A stretch of DNA of 64,000 bases from Alphaproteobacteria bacterium (GCA_965205905.1 CBDBHZ010000013.1:209571-273570); one strand, 5' to 3'. Positions 42,591 to 53,128 are shown, counted from the stretch's first letter. The notes: generated from the letters alone by a model not told the origin. Numbers and translations are program-made.

Positions 42591-44039
42591 TCAGCCCCTC
42601 ATCTTCTCAATCAAATTCGTGGTAGAAAGATTAGGCATGAGCGCGATGCGTTCCACCGTGCCGCCATTTGCCTGCACAATATCTGCACCCACAATCTCAT
42701 CTATCTGATAATCTTCGCCCTTAAATAATTTATCTGGAGTTATCTTTTGTATCAACTCAAATGGCGTGTCTTCGGTAAAAATCACAATGCCATCAACCGC
42801 CTGCAACCCCGCCAACACCAAAGCGCGATGTTGCTCATCATTCAGCGGACGCGCATCGCCTTTCAGCCGCTTCACCGATTCATCAGCATTCAAGCCCACA
42901 ATCAGCCTATCGCATTTGCTTGCCGCCTCGCTGAGCGAAAACACATGCCCTGCATGGAGAATATCAAAACAGCCATTGGTGAACCCAATGCTTAACCCTT
43001 GCGCGCGCCAACCATCAATCAGGCTAAGCGCATCGTTTTGATTCAGCATTTTCTCGGCAATGGTTTTGATTCGCTTATGCGGCGCAAATTTTAGAATTTC
43101 TTGTGGGGTAACGGTGGCAGTGCCACGTTTGCTGACCGAAACCGCCGCCGTTATATTGGCAAATTCCATCGCCTGCTGTATCGGCGCACCGCCTGCCAGT
43201 GCCAATGCCATCGCGGCAATCACGGTATCGCCTGCGCCTGCCACATCAAACACGGTGAGGATTTGCGCAGGGATATGATGGGCGGTATCGTGGCTGATAT
43301 AGCTCATGCCCTGTTCGGAGCGCGTTACCAAAAGCGCGTTAATATCGGCTTGTTGCAATAATTGACGCGCGGCATGTGTGATGGCATCGTCTGTATCCAC
43401 TGCCAAGCCCGTCGCCTGCTGTAATTCTGCGCGGTTGGGCGTTACCAAATCCGCGCCCTTAAACAGAGTGAAATCCTGCTTTTTGGGGTCGATGATGGTT
43501 TTTACGCCTGCCTGATTCAAGCAAGCCAAGATTTGTGGAAAAGTTTCAGCGGTTAGAATCCCCTTATCGTAATCGGATAGAATCGCGCAATCAGCAGAGC
43601 TGGCAAGCTTCTCAACAGTTTTCAACAAGGCTGCATAATGCTTATCAGAAAAATCACTATTATCCTCAATATCGCTGCGTAACAGATGCTGACCTTGTGC
43701 CACATGCCGAATCTTGGTGGTGGTGGGGCGCAGATTATCAGTGAAGAAATGCGCGTTGAGCGCCTTATCTTCCGCCAGAATTCTGCATAAATCATGTCCG
43801 TAATCATCGGCACCAATCACCGCCACCAAATCCGTAACGCCCGATAAAGAGGTGATATTGCGCGCCACATTGGCAGAGCCACCCGCAAGCTTGGTGGTTT
43901 TGGCGTTTTTCATAATTGGCACGGGTGCTTCGGGGGAAATTCTCATCACCGCACCCTCAATGTAGCAATCCAGCATGGCATCGCCCACCACCATGATGCG
44001 CTTATCTTTGATGTTGTTTAAAATATCGGTAACATTCAT
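42591..44039 (-). CDS. hldE: bifunctional D-beta-D-heptose 7-phosphate kinase / D-beta-D-heptose 1-phosphate adenylyltransferase
   Basis: 482 aa with an N-terminal ribokinase-like domain (DVAGAGDT) and a C-terminal cytidylyltransferase domain (GCFDILHAGH). Confidence 0.85.
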   Translation of the reverse strand: MNVTDILNNIKDKRIMVVGDAMLDCYIEGAVMRISPEAPVPIMKNAKTTKLAGGSANVARNITSLSGVTDLVAVIGADDYGHDLCRILAEDKALNAHFFTDNLRPTTTKIRHVAQGQHLLRSDIEDNSDFSDKHYAALLKTVEKLASSADCAILSDYDKGILTAETFPQILACLNQAGVKTIIDPKKQDFTLFKGADLVTPNRAELQQATGLAVDTDDAITHAARQLLQQADINALLVTRSEQGMSYISHDTAHHIPAQILTVFDVAGAGDTVIAAMALALAGGAPIQQAMEFANITAAVSVSKRGTATVTPQEILKFAPHKRIKTIAEKMLNQNDALSLIDGWRAQGLSIGFTNGCFDILHAGHVFSLSEAASKCDRLIVGLNADESVKRLKGDARPLNDEQHRALVLAGLQAVDGIVIFTEDTPFELIQKITPDKLFKGEDYQIDEIVGADIVQANGGTVERIALMPNLSTTNLIEKMRG

Positions 44040-44806
44040 TGTAATTCGCCTTCGCTATTATTGAGGTTGATTGTGAGCAAATCAAGCAAAAATTCGGCGC
44101 GCTGTTTTAATGTTTGCGCTTCTAGCAAACCTTGCTTTTCTGCTGAAGAAAACGGGCATACCATTGCCAATGATGTTACCAAAACCTCGTCATGCAAGCC
44201 ATCTAGCAATTTTAATTCGAACTCAATCTTTTGCATGGTGAAATAATCTTTGACCGATGAGATTAAGGCTTTGCGGTGTTTGGCATGAATTTCAAATATT
44301 TCGCTATCATCGCGGTAATCGGTGAAATCCATCTCGCATTGCCGATAGGCGGTATCGACCTCTAATTCGCGCACAATGCGGCAACGGTAAAGCCCTTTTA
44401 ATTCAATGTGATATTGCTGTTGTAGGGTTTCGTGCAGGCTGATGATGCGCCCCGCGCAACCGATGCGATAGGTTTCGGGGTTGAGCGGATTAGCACGCAA
44501 TTTTTGCATCCGCTTTTTCCACAGACCAGTTATTTTTGATGGGGTGATGCTTGATGTGGCGATGCTTTCTTCAGATATATTTAATTGGGGCGATTCATTG
44601 TCGCCGTTAGCTGGGCTCTCTTTGGGTTGCACCATTGCAAACATTCGATGCCCCGCTGCCAGTGCATCATCAATCATCGCGATATAGCGCGGTTCAAAAA
44701 TCCGCAAGCTAACGCGCCCCTTTGGCAATAATAACAAATCAGCCAGAGGGAAAATCGGTAAGATTTTGGGTAAATCATCAAATTCAGGGTCAAATCCAGT
44801 TTTCAT
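44036..44806 (-). CDS. Lon protease N-terminal (LON substrate-binding/PUA-like) domain protein
   Basis: LPIFPLADLLLLPKGRVSLRIFEPRYIAM is typical of the Lon N-domain. Confidence 0.65.
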   Translation of the reverse strand: MKTGFDPEFDDLPKILPIFPLADLLLLPKGRVSLRIFEPRYIAMIDDALAAGHRMFAMVQPKESPANGDNESPQLNISEESIATSSITPSKITGLWKKRMQKLRANPLNPETYRIGCAGRIISLHETLQQQYHIELKGLYRCRIVRELEVDTAYRQCEMDFTDYRDDSEIFEIHAKHRKALISSVKDYFTMQKIEFELKLLDGLHDEVLVTSLAMVCPFSSAEKQGLLEAQTLKQRAEFLLDLLTINLNNSEGELQ

Positions 44807-44856
44807 ACCCTATCATAACCGAATTTTCAACAAAATAAAAGTTAAGAAAGTAAAAG

Positions 44857-45867
44857 TTAGGAAAATAAAAGTGCGGAAAGCTTACGCCGTATCATGCTAA
44901 TGCGTGGGTCGGTTGTATCAAGCGCATTCACCATTTCTAACAGATATTTACGGGCGGCATCATCGTTAAAATCACGATTGTGCTTAACGATATGTAGCAT
45001 CTGTTCAGCCGATTCTAGCACATTGCCGCTTTTGAATAATTGTTGCGCGACTATGAAACGCTGTTCTGGTGGCGCGTTATCGGGCAGTTTTGATGAAGCA
45101 GAATCGCCTACAGCCTCACTCACCATTGCCAGTCTTTTTTCTAACCGTTCAATGGTTTTATCGCCCTCTGGCTTTTCAGTGGTTTGAACGATTTGACGTG
45201 CAAAATCATTATCGCCCCTATCTAACAGTAAATGCCCGAATAATGCGACAATATCGGTGCGTTCGGGCATGGCTTCCATGATTTCCCCCAAAGTTGCTTG
45301 CCAATTATCTAATGCATCATTATCCCACTCGTCAGTTTCGCGTGCTTGCTTCAGCCCATCAGTGATTTGGGTGAGCGCGTTTTCAATATCGGCAGGCATG
45401 GCTTGTTCTGGCTCACCCGTGCCAGCGATACCCAATAATTTTTCTATAAATTGCTTAATCTCGCTTTCGGGCAATGCGCCCATAAAAGCATCAATCGGTT
45501 GCCCTTGCCAAAAGGCAAACACCGCAGGGATTGAGCGAATCTGCAACTGCCCCGCAATCATCGGGTTCTCGTCCATATTGATTTTAACCAGCCTGATTTT
45601 GCCATTATAAGCATTGGTTTGCTTTTCTAGTAACGGTCCAAGCTGTTTGCATGGCCCACACCATGGCGCCCAAAAATCCACCATAATCGGGCATTGCATG
45701 CTTGCCTCAATAACATCTTGCATAAAGCTTGCATCAGTGCCATCGCTGATAAACTGGCTTTGCGTTACCACCTCGCCAGAAACAGTATTGCCAGAAGAAA
45801 TAGCGCCACCTAATGTAAAATCATTAACCATAAAAACATATTTACCGATATGTATCAGCATTTGCAA
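44857..45867 (-). CDS. thioredoxin-domain co-chaperone (YbbN/CnoX-like) with a C-terminal TPR region
   Basis: WAPWCGPCK thioredoxin motif plus a helical-repeat C-terminus. The true start is probably the MVNDF Met. Confidence 0.7.
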   Translation of the reverse strand: MQMLIHIGKYVFMVNDFTLGGAISSGNTVSGEVVTQSQFISDGTDASFMQDVIEASMQCPIMVDFWAPWCGPCKQLGPLLEKQTNAYNGKIRLVKINMDENPMIAGQLQIRSIPAVFAFWQGQPIDAFMGALPESEIKQFIEKLLGIAGTGEPEQAMPADIENALTQITDGLKQARETDEWDNDALDNWQATLGEIMEAMPERTDIVALFGHLLLDRGDNDFARQIVQTTEKPEGDKTIERLEKRLAMVSEAVGDSASSKLPDNAPPEQRFIVAQQLFKSGNVLESAEQMLHIVKHNRDFNDDAARKYLLEMVNALDTTDPRISMIRRKLSALLFS

Positions 45868-45961
45868 GTAGTTTTTGCACTATTTTATAATGCAATTAAA
45901 GATTGCAAATAATACTTTTTCATATATTATATCATGAATATTGCTGATAGGAGGAATAGGA

Positions 45962-46612
45962 ATGAATAAAGATAATGAAACAGACTCAAATAAAGAAACA
46001 GCGAAACCCAAAGGCATCATGAGCAAATTACGTTCAATCTTTGATTTTATCAAGCAAGCATATATAGTTGCTAAGCAAACATTTGCATTTATCAATAAAA
46101 TTGGCGATATTATCGGCACGGTTAGAAAAATCATCATGGGGCTGAATCGAACGCTGGTGATTGTAACTTTGTTTATTTTTGTTAGCACAGCGGGCTTTCA
46201 AGGCTATGAAGAATATAAAAGAATAAGAAGACTTATTGAAAAAGTTGAAGGTTATATTGATGAATATAAGGCAAAGGCAGACCAAATAGAGAGGGATATT
46301 GAAAATTTGCGCGATGATTTTCGTAAATTTGAAATAGAATTCAAAGGCAAAGCCCGTGCCGCCAAGCAAAAATTGGAAGATGACATAGATGCCACCAAGC
46401 AAGAGTTGAAAGATAAAGCCGATGCCACCAAGCAGGAATTAAAGGCAAAAGAACAAGAATTGAAAGATAAAGCCGATGCCACCAAGCAGGAATTGAAGGA
46501 TAAAGAACAAGAATTACAGGATAAAGAGAGGGAATTGAGTGATAAGCTTCAAAAAAATAAAGATAAATTAGAAGAAGATAAGAAAAAGTTAAAGAAACTG
46601 CTTGATAGATAG
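45962..46612 (+). CDS. membrane-anchored coiled-coil protein with tandem 18-aa (54-bp) repeats
   Basis: AGGAGG RBS before the ATG at 45962, one TM helix (LVIVTLFIFVSTAGF), then KDKADATKQELKAKEQEL repeats encoded by near-identical 54-bp DNA units at about 46417-46530. Confidence 0.55.
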   Translation: MNKDNETDSNKETAKPKGIMSKLRSIFDFIKQAYIVAKQTFAFINKIGDIIGTVRKIIMGLNRTLVIVTLFIFVSTAGFQGYEEYKRIRRLIEKVEGYIDEYKAKADQIERDIENLRDDFRKFEIEFKGKARAAKQKLEDDIDATKQELKDKADATKQELKAKEQELKDKADATKQELKDKEQELQDKERELSDKLQKNKDKLEEDKKKLKKLLDR

Positions 46613-46718
46613 CCAATTATTTAATGAGGGTAACTTTAAAAAAACGCTTGCATTTTATCTCAATTCAGTTAAAGAATAAACTATCATTATTGGAGGCATT
46701 CTTGTAGGGAGTTTAGTC

Positions 46719-47810
46719 ATGGTGTTAATTGATTGTGATGTCCATAATTATTGGGATACAGCCGATGTGTTGCTTCCTTATTTACAGCCAATGTGGCGCG
46801 ACCGCTATGTAAGAGGCGAAAAACCGGGCCCGAAAAAAGGCACGTTTCCACACGCCCATCGCCCCTATTACCACCCTGAAGGCTTTAAGCGACACGATAT
46901 TAATCCGCAAAGCATGGAAGAATGGTTGCAAGTTACCAAAAAACATTGCGATGACTTTAATATTGACTATGCGATTTTAACGGGCGATGAGCCACCCGAA
47001 GCCTCCACAATTTCTGACCCCTATTATGCCGCAGGTTTGGTGAGCGCGTTTAACGATTTCCAGATTGATACATGGCTACCATATGATGAACGCTTTACCA
47101 CATCGGTGATTATTTGCGCGAACGAGCCACAGTTGGCCGCGCAAGAAATCAGGCGTGTTGGCGGGCATCCGCGTATGGTGCAGGCATTGGCAACCGAAGC
47201 ATCTTTGATGCCATTAGGACACCCATTTTATCACCCTATCTACGAAGCCTGTAACGAAATGGGGATACCATTTGCGATTCATCTGGGCGGGCATGGCGGT
47301 ATTCACGCGCATCATATTGTGGCAAACGGGCCGCTCACCTATTTTTGGGAGGCACATGCCAATTTAGGGCAGGGCGCAATGACGCAAATCACCAGCATGA
47401 TTTCCAATGGCGTGTTTGAAAAATATCCTGATATGAAAATGGTGGTGATAGAATGTGGCGTGTCGATTTTTGCACCAATTTTATGGCGAATAGATGGCGA
47501 TTATAAGGCGTTGAAAAAAGAAACTCCGTGGCTTAAAATGTTGCCATCGGAATATTTTAGACGCAATGTGCGCCTTACCTCGCAACCATTAGAACAGCCT
47601 GATAATATCCAACTTTTATGGGCGGCGTTAGAAGCGATTCATGCTGAAGATACGCTGATGTTCGCCTCTGATTTTCCGCATTGGGATTTTGATAATATCG
47701 ATAAATTAAACATACCGCCCGATATGAAAGAAAATGTGCATGGGCTGACCGCGCTTAAAACTTACCCCAAAATAGCGGCATTAATGCAGGATTATCCTGC
47801 GGCAGGATAA
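46719..47810 (+). CDS. amidohydrolase-2 (ACMSD/metal-dependent hydrolase, PF04909-like) family protein
   Basis: 363 aa with metal-ligand His motifs (DCDVHNYW ... HLGGHGG ... SDFPHWDFD). Confidence 0.6.
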   Translation: MVLIDCDVHNYWDTADVLLPYLQPMWRDRYVRGEKPGPKKGTFPHAHRPYYHPEGFKRHDINPQSMEEWLQVTKKHCDDFNIDYAILTGDEPPEASTISDPYYAAGLVSAFNDFQIDTWLPYDERFTTSVIICANEPQLAAQEIRRVGGHPRMVQALATEASLMPLGHPFYHPIYEACNEMGIPFAIHLGGHGGIHAHHIVANGPLTYFWEAHANLGQGAMTQITSMISNGVFEKYPDMKMVVIECGVSIFAPILWRIDGDYKALKKETPWLKMLPSEYFRRNVRLTSQPLEQPDNIQLLWAALEAIHAEDTLMFASDFPHWDFDNIDKLNIPPDMKENVHGLTALKTYPKIAALMQDYPAAG

Positions 47811-47849
47811 TCCTACAAAATATCGCGGCTGAATGAGAAGGAGACCATC

Positions 47850-48215
47850 ATGGCTGAAAAACAATTTGCGTGCAACATCACTGATGTTAGCCCCGAAAAA
47901 CCCTGTAAAGTCATGCTGAATAAGCGTGATTACGGGATTTATCAGATAGATGATGCCTATTATGCGTTGCGCGATAAATGTCCGCATCGCGGTGGTTCGC
48001 TCTGTGGCGGCCCTGTAACGGGCACCGCGATACCAGTAGATATTAACATCGATGGCTTCCGCTTTATTTATGGGCGCGATAAACAGCTGGTGCGCTGTTC
48101 GTGGCATGGCTGGGAATATGATATTAAAACGGGGGAATGCCTTGCCGATACAAGGCTAAAAGCGCGCAAAGTAGAAGTGGTGCGCGAAGATGATAAAATT
48201 TATCTGATGCTATAA
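47850..48215 (+). CDS. Rieske [2Fe-2S] domain protein
   Basis: CPHRGGSL ... CSWHGWEYD, i.e. the CXH...CXXH Rieske ligands. Confidence 0.75.
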   Translation: MAEKQFACNITDVSPEKPCKVMLNKRDYGIYQIDDAYYALRDKCPHRGGSLCGGPVTGTAIPVDINIDGFRFIYGRDKQLVRCSWHGWEYDIKTGECLADTRLKARKVEVVREDDKIYLML

Positions 48216-48241
48216 TCGCTGATAATAAAAGGAGAAATGCG

Positions 48242-49306
48242 ATGGTAAGAATTGATTGTGATGTGCATAATTTCTGGCATAGTGCCGAAGTGTTGCTACC
48301 CTATCTTGCGCCCGAATGGCGTGACCAATTTAACCGTGGCGAAATGCCGGGCCCGCGGGGCAGTCTGCCTTATGCCAACCGCGCTTATCTGTTAAGCGAA
48401 GGCTTTAAGCGCATGGATGTTGATGCTGACGATATGGAAGGCTGGATTAAGCTAACCCAAGACCATCTTGATTTATATGCTATTGATTATGGCATTCTCA
48501 CATCTGATGAGCCGTTGGAAGTTTCCACGCTTGCCAATCCGCATTATGCGGCGGCACTGGTAACGGCATATAATGATTGGCAGGCTGATACATGGCTGAA
48601 AGCTGATAAAAGATTTAAGGGTTCAATCGTTATATCGCCCACCGCGCCAGATTTGGCGGCAAAAGAAATTAGGCGGTTGGGTGATAATAAAAATATGGTG
48701 CAGGTTTTATCGTCTGAAGGGTCGCAAATGCCTTACGGACACCCGTTTTATCACCCGATTTACGAAGCCTGTAACGAAGTAGGCTTGCCATTTGCGATTC
48801 ATTTGGGCGGGCATGGCGGTATCAATAACTGCAATATTGCCAATGGACCGCTCACATTTTCGTGGGAGGCACATGCGCTGTTGGCGCAAGGCGCGATGAC
48901 TCATTTAAGCTCGATGATTGCCAATGGCGTGTTTGAAAAATATCCTGACCTAAAATTTGTGATTGTGGAATGCGGCGTTTGTTGGATAGGACCCTTATTA
49001 TGGCGGTTAGATGCCGATTATAAAGCGTTGCGTAAAGAAACCCCATGGCTGAAAATGTTGCCATCGGAATATTTTAGGCGCAATATCCGCGTTGGCACGC
49101 AACCGTTGGAACAGCCCGAAAAGAAGCAACATTTGGCAGCAATGTTGGAAGCGATTTATGCTGATGAAACGCTGATGTTTGCCTCTGATTTTCCGCATTG
49201 GGATTTTGACGATATTGAAAAACTGAATATTCCAAAATCAATGCGCGATAATGTGCATGGGCTGACGGCGTTGAAGACGTATCCGCGGATTCCGAAGCCA
49301 GTATGA
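48242..49306 (+). CDS. amidohydrolase-2 family protein, paralog of 46719..47810
   Basis: Collinear with the first amidohydrolase, sharing its His motifs, and visibly >50% identical to it in the aligned core motifs. Confidence 0.6.
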   Translation: MVRIDCDVHNFWHSAEVLLPYLAPEWRDQFNRGEMPGPRGSLPYANRAYLLSEGFKRMDVDADDMEGWIKLTQDHLDLYAIDYGILTSDEPLEVSTLANPHYAAALVTAYNDWQADTWLKADKRFKGSIVISPTAPDLAAKEIRRLGDNKNMVQVLSSEGSQMPYGHPFYHPIYEACNEVGLPFAIHLGGHGGINNCNIANGPLTFSWEAHALLAQGAMTHLSSMIANGVFEKYPDLKFVIVECGVCWIGPLLWRLDADYKALRKETPWLKMLPSEYFRRNIRVGTQPLEQPEKKQHLAAMLEAIYADETLMFASDFPHWDFDDIEKLNIPKSMRDNVHGLTALKTYPRIPKPV

Positions 49307-49330
49307 AGCACCGCAACCCACGCCATCGGC

Positions 49331-49425
49331 AGTATTGAACACAGCGGGGGGGGGGCGTCATCGCGAGCTGATTGGCGCACCGCCAGAATCAGCAAAGCGT
49401 ATGTCGCAAAGCCCCCCATATTATT
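49331..49425. repeat. MITE-like repeat copy (short, G10 tract)
   Basis: Termini only. Confidence 0.5.
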
Positions 49426-49632
49426 ATGTATCGCAAAACGCTAGATGCTAATGCTGACGAATCTTGAAACACGCACCGCCTATGTGCTACACACCGCCGT
49501 TATTCCACACGTCTGAAAAAAATTAAGATGATGCGACTATAAAGGGTTAGGGTAAAATGCAAATATTCTTTAGATTATTTAGTCTATAATGAAAATATCT
49601 CTTTACATCAAATGTAATGTTGTCTTACACTA

Positions 49633-50319
49633 ATGCAGTGGTGTTGGTTTATTGAAAGGTTACTTACTTTTATGTGGGATAGAAAAAAAATATTTGAAAG
49701 ACTGATAGGCTATATTATTTTTATGCCTGATACAAATAATTTTTTAAAAAACCTAATTAGTAAAAATTGGATACTTATATCTTGTGTTCTTTTTGGTGGG
49801 CTTTTCTATTTTTTATTTTTCTCTTACTTTGATGTATCACCGCACCCCATACTTAATTCTAAAATAAAGTATGAAAATGATATAAATGTTAATGATTTAG
49901 TCACCATTCTTTTAACTGCCGTTACAGTTGTTTTAACAGCAGTAGCTGTTATTATAACGCTTTTAGCTATTTGGGGATATAAAAATATCAAAAAAGAATC
50001 AATTGATAAATCGAGTGAAAAATCAATTGAACGTGTTGAAAATAGCATGAGAGAAGGTGGTGAATTACACAAACTTTTAACAAGTAGAATAAAAACAGAA
50101 TTTACAGAATATGCTCCAATTCAAGATTACATTGATGGTATTGTGAGTAGAGCTGTAGAGACTAAAATCGAAGAACATAATGCTAAATTTGAAGAAAACA
50201 TTTATGATGCTATCATGGAAAACGTAGAAGATAAAATTACAGAACATGATAGTATTATTGATAATAAAATTGCTAAGGCAATAGAAGAACGCCACCATGA
50301 TGGTAATATAGACTATTAA
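49633..50319 (+). CDS. two-TM membrane protein with an acidic coiled-coil C-terminus (island gene 1)
   Basis: Very AT-rich ORF ending 13 bp upstream of the ImmA-like gene. Confidence 0.45.
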   Translation: MQWCWFIERLLTFMWDRKKIFERLIGYIIFMPDTNNFLKNLISKNWILISCVLFGGLFYFLFFSYFDVSPHPILNSKIKYENDINVNDLVTILLTAVTVVLTAVAVIITLLAIWGYKNIKKESIDKSSEKSIERVENSMREGGELHKLLTSRIKTEFTEYAPIQDYIDGIVSRAVETKIEEHNAKFEENIYDAIMENVEDKITEHDSIIDNKIAKAIEERHHDGNIDY

Positions 50320-50331
50320 GAGATATAAAAA

Positions 50332-50847
50332 ATGACAGAAATTAAAAAAAATCACTCTAAAGAATGGAATAATTTGCCTGAGAAAACACAGGACATCATT
50401 AAGAAATATCAAAAGGTTGATATGCCAAAAGTTCCTGTAGGTAAAATTGCACAAGAGTTGGGATTAATAGTAAAATCTTCTTCTTTACCTGTCCGTATAT
50501 CAGGTGAAATACGCCCAGATGGAAATGAATTTATTATCCGCATCAATAGGCATGAAGCGAAACAACGTCAACGCTTTACCTTAGCCCATGAAATATCTCA
50601 CTATTTGTTACATAGAGATAAAATTAACGATGGTATCGAAGATAATGTGCTATACCGTTCTCAACTTAGCAATATTCAAGAACATGAAGCCAATCGCCTT
50701 GCCGCTGACATTCTTATGCCATGGGAAATTATAGAAGCGCAGTTAGAAGGAAAAAACAAAGATGATGAAAATACTATTGAAGAAATAGCCAGTGTTATGG
50801 AAATTTCTACTGTTGCCCTAAGAATTAGGTTAGGTATTAAAATATAA
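50332..50847 (+). CDS. ImmA/IrrE-family zinc metallopeptidase (island gene 2)
   Basis: HEISHYLLH (HEXXH) preceded by the typical ImmA/IrrE N-terminal region; 171 aa. Confidence 0.7.
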   Translation: MTEIKKNHSKEWNNLPEKTQDIIKKYQKVDMPKVPVGKIAQELGLIVKSSSLPVRISGEIRPDGNEFIIRINRHEAKQRQRFTLAHEISHYLLHRDKINDGIEDNVLYRSQLSNIQEHEANRLAADILMPWEIIEAQLEGKNKDDENTIEEIASVMEISTVALRIRLGIKI

Positions 50848-50849
50848 AG

Positions 50850-51968
50850 ATGGTGGATTTCAAAAATATTCCATATATACCTATTTTAACAACACGACCT
50901 GCAGAGCTTACTGCTTTACGCGAGTTACCTACTAGTGATAAAAAGAAATTGATGCCTGCAATACAATTACGACCATGGCTAACTTCAAAAGAATTTGATA
51001 ACACAATTGCTAAAATAGACGAAGCCTATGGCAATAATAGAGAATGGATAAGCAATCTTGATGAATATTATGAAGAACCACTGCCAAACCCAGAACAACC
51101 ATCCAAAGACACAAGACCTGCAATAACAACTTTTAAATCGCTTTTAGAACCTGCAAATGGTTATGAGAATTGGTGTGCTTTTGTTGAAAAACACCCTAAT
51201 ATGATACCATGTGTGCAATTAAGCGCAATAGAACAACTTGAAGAACAACTAAAAAAACTCTTAAATTTAAACCGTGGTGTTGTTTTCCATCTCGATGGAA
51301 AACATAAAGAAAAATTACAAGAATATAAAAATAACTTTGATATAATCTTTGAAATTCTTAAGAAAAACCAAGCAGCTTCAAATATTCTTTTTATTATTGA
51401 TTTTAAAACAATTACAAACACACAAGATATTTTAATCCTATTCGGTTATTGGAACGACCTTATTACGAAAATATTGAAAAATTCTTATAGCATTGCAATT
51501 TCAGGGACAAGTTTTCCATCAAGCTTTACAGATGCGCCACTTAGTCTGGCAATAAAAGAAAGAAAAATATATGAACTTATAAATAATGATAATAATGGTA
51601 ATATTATTTATAGCGACAGGGGTAGCACACGTATCAATGAGAAAAGGCAACAAGGTGGTAGCAAACCAATACCGCGTATAGATTATCCCGTTAAAAATGA
51701 CTGGCATTTCTTTAGAGAAAATAAAGAAACTAATTATAATACGCTTGCCAAACAAGCCATTGAATCTAGTAATTGGGATAATAAACTATTCCTTTGGGGA
51801 ACAGAATTAATTAAAGCTACTGCTAGTTCCAATAAATTGTTAGATATAATCAGTAGCCCAGTAAAAGCTACTGCTGTAAGAATTAATATCCACCTGCATA
51901 TGCAACTATTTTATAACGATGATGATAGTAATGCCTATTTAGAGACGGATGATGATTGGGAAGATTAG
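50850..51968 (+). CDS. hypothetical 372-aa protein (island gene 3), translationally coupled to the ImmA-like gene
   Basis: 3-bp intergenic gap and AT-rich sequence. I recognise no domain. It should be compared with the Pfam Beta_protein family. Confidence 0.45.
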   Translation: MVDFKNIPYIPILTTRPAELTALRELPTSDKKKLMPAIQLRPWLTSKEFDNTIAKIDEAYGNNREWISNLDEYYEEPLPNPEQPSKDTRPAITTFKSLLEPANGYENWCAFVEKHPNMIPCVQLSAIEQLEEQLKKLLNLNRGVVFHLDGKHKEKLQEYKNNFDIIFEILKKNQAASNILFIIDFKTITNTQDILILFGYWNDLITKILKNSYSIAISGTSFPSSFTDAPLSLAIKERKIYELINNDNNGNIIYSDRGSTRINEKRQQGGSKPIPRIDYPVKNDWHFFRENKETNYNTLAKQAIESSNWDNKLFLWGTELIKATASSNKLLDIISSPVKATAVRINIHLHMQLFYNDDDSNAYLETDDDWED

Positions 51969-51972
51969 AAAG

Positions 51973-52710
51973 TTATTTTTCGCCAATAGAAATTGGGTTG
52001 CCAAAAATATTTTCTTTTGATTGTAGTGAAAGATAATACATATACATATCATCACATTCTTGTTCCTGATTAACGACTCTTGAATGATATGGATATTTTC
52101 TTAATGAATTTATATCGTCTATATTAATATCTCTTGACACAAGCGCTTCTTTAACCTGATTTGTGATTTCGCGGTGTTGATTTTTTAATTTTTGTAAAAC
52201 ATGTTGACGTAAAATTGTTGCACTTAAACTCATAGCTAAATTCTGTAACTCTAACCTTTTACAATGACTCGCTTTAATTTTATTTTTGGACAAAATCGTT
52301 TTTAAGTCTGCAACAGTGAGCATTTTTATCAAAATGGTTTTATTCAATAATTTTTCTGATTTGCCTTTTCTTATTACCTTAATTCCCTTTTCAGGGCAAA
52401 ACTCCCATACAGCAACTTTTTGAGGTGTGGTATTTAATACATGTTCAGAATGGCAAGGCGCACATATGATATGAAGCTTATCACAAAATTTTAGAAAATC
52501 TTCAACTTGCCCTGATAGACGAGATAAATTATCTGCCTCTGTTTTTATCTCAAAAAAGTATAAAGAATTATTGATAAGAGCAATATCAATCCGCCTTGCA
52601 AAAGAATCAACAACCAATTCATTTGCAATAAAATTATCATTTGTATGATTCTTTTCCAGCAAATATTGAATAAGTTTTGCTTTTACCAGTTTTTCGTGTC
52701 CATTTCTCAT
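51973..52710 (-). CDS. PD-(D/E)xK nuclease-like protein (island gene 4, convergent)
   Basis: ELVVDS...RIDIALINNSLYFFEIK fits an E/D...D...ExK restriction-endonuclease-fold motif. Confidence 0.45.
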   Translation of the reverse strand: MRNGHEKLVKAKLIQYLLEKNHTNDNFIANELVVDSFARRIDIALINNSLYFFEIKTEADNLSRLSGQVEDFLKFCDKLHIICAPCHSEHVLNTTPQKVAVWEFCPEKGIKVIRKGKSEKLLNKTILIKMLTVADLKTILSKNKIKASHCKRLELQNLAMSLSATILRQHVLQKLKNQHREITNQVKEALVSRDINIDDINSLRKYPYHSRVVNQEQECDDMYMYYLSLQSKENIFGNPISIGEK

Positions 52711-52761
52711 AGTCTAACTATATAGCATTAAAACTATTAATGTAACAAAAAAAATTCTACC

Positions 52762-52789
52762 TTGCATTTCCACCGCTAACCCTATATAC
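52762..52789 (+). promoter_or_regulatory. candidate sigma70-type promoter (TTGCAT-15/16-TATATA) facing a gene-free region
   Basis: Near-consensus hexamers. Downstream there are only two intrinsic terminators and no ORF. Confidence 0.3.
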
Positions 52790-53020
52790 TTACATCATCG
52801 TTTGAAAAGATTTCGAGCGTGGGGCTTAGTAACCTCTTACATAATTCGGTTGCATCAATCGATATTGACGCTTTTTTCGTTACATTGTAATTTGCGTCAA
52901 GGATGCACCGTTCTCAGCTTGGCTGGGAAGCGGTGCTATATGTCCAAGCGCCTTGTTTTTTAATATTGTGCCAAAAAGCGTCGCGCCGTTTTTAATTATG
53001 TAAGCGGTTACTAATTCCCA

Positions 53021-53048
53021 GCTACTAGAGTTTTCTAGTAGCTTTTTT
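53021..53048 (+). terminator. intrinsic terminator hairpin with T-tract
   Basis: gctactagag-ttttc-tagtagc followed by tttttt. Confidence 0.5.
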
Positions 53049-53128
53049 GTTGATGCCTTGAAATTCTGTGCATTGATGAAACGCTTATTTGGTTAACAAC
53101 CGCTAATACAATAAAAACGGCGCGACTT

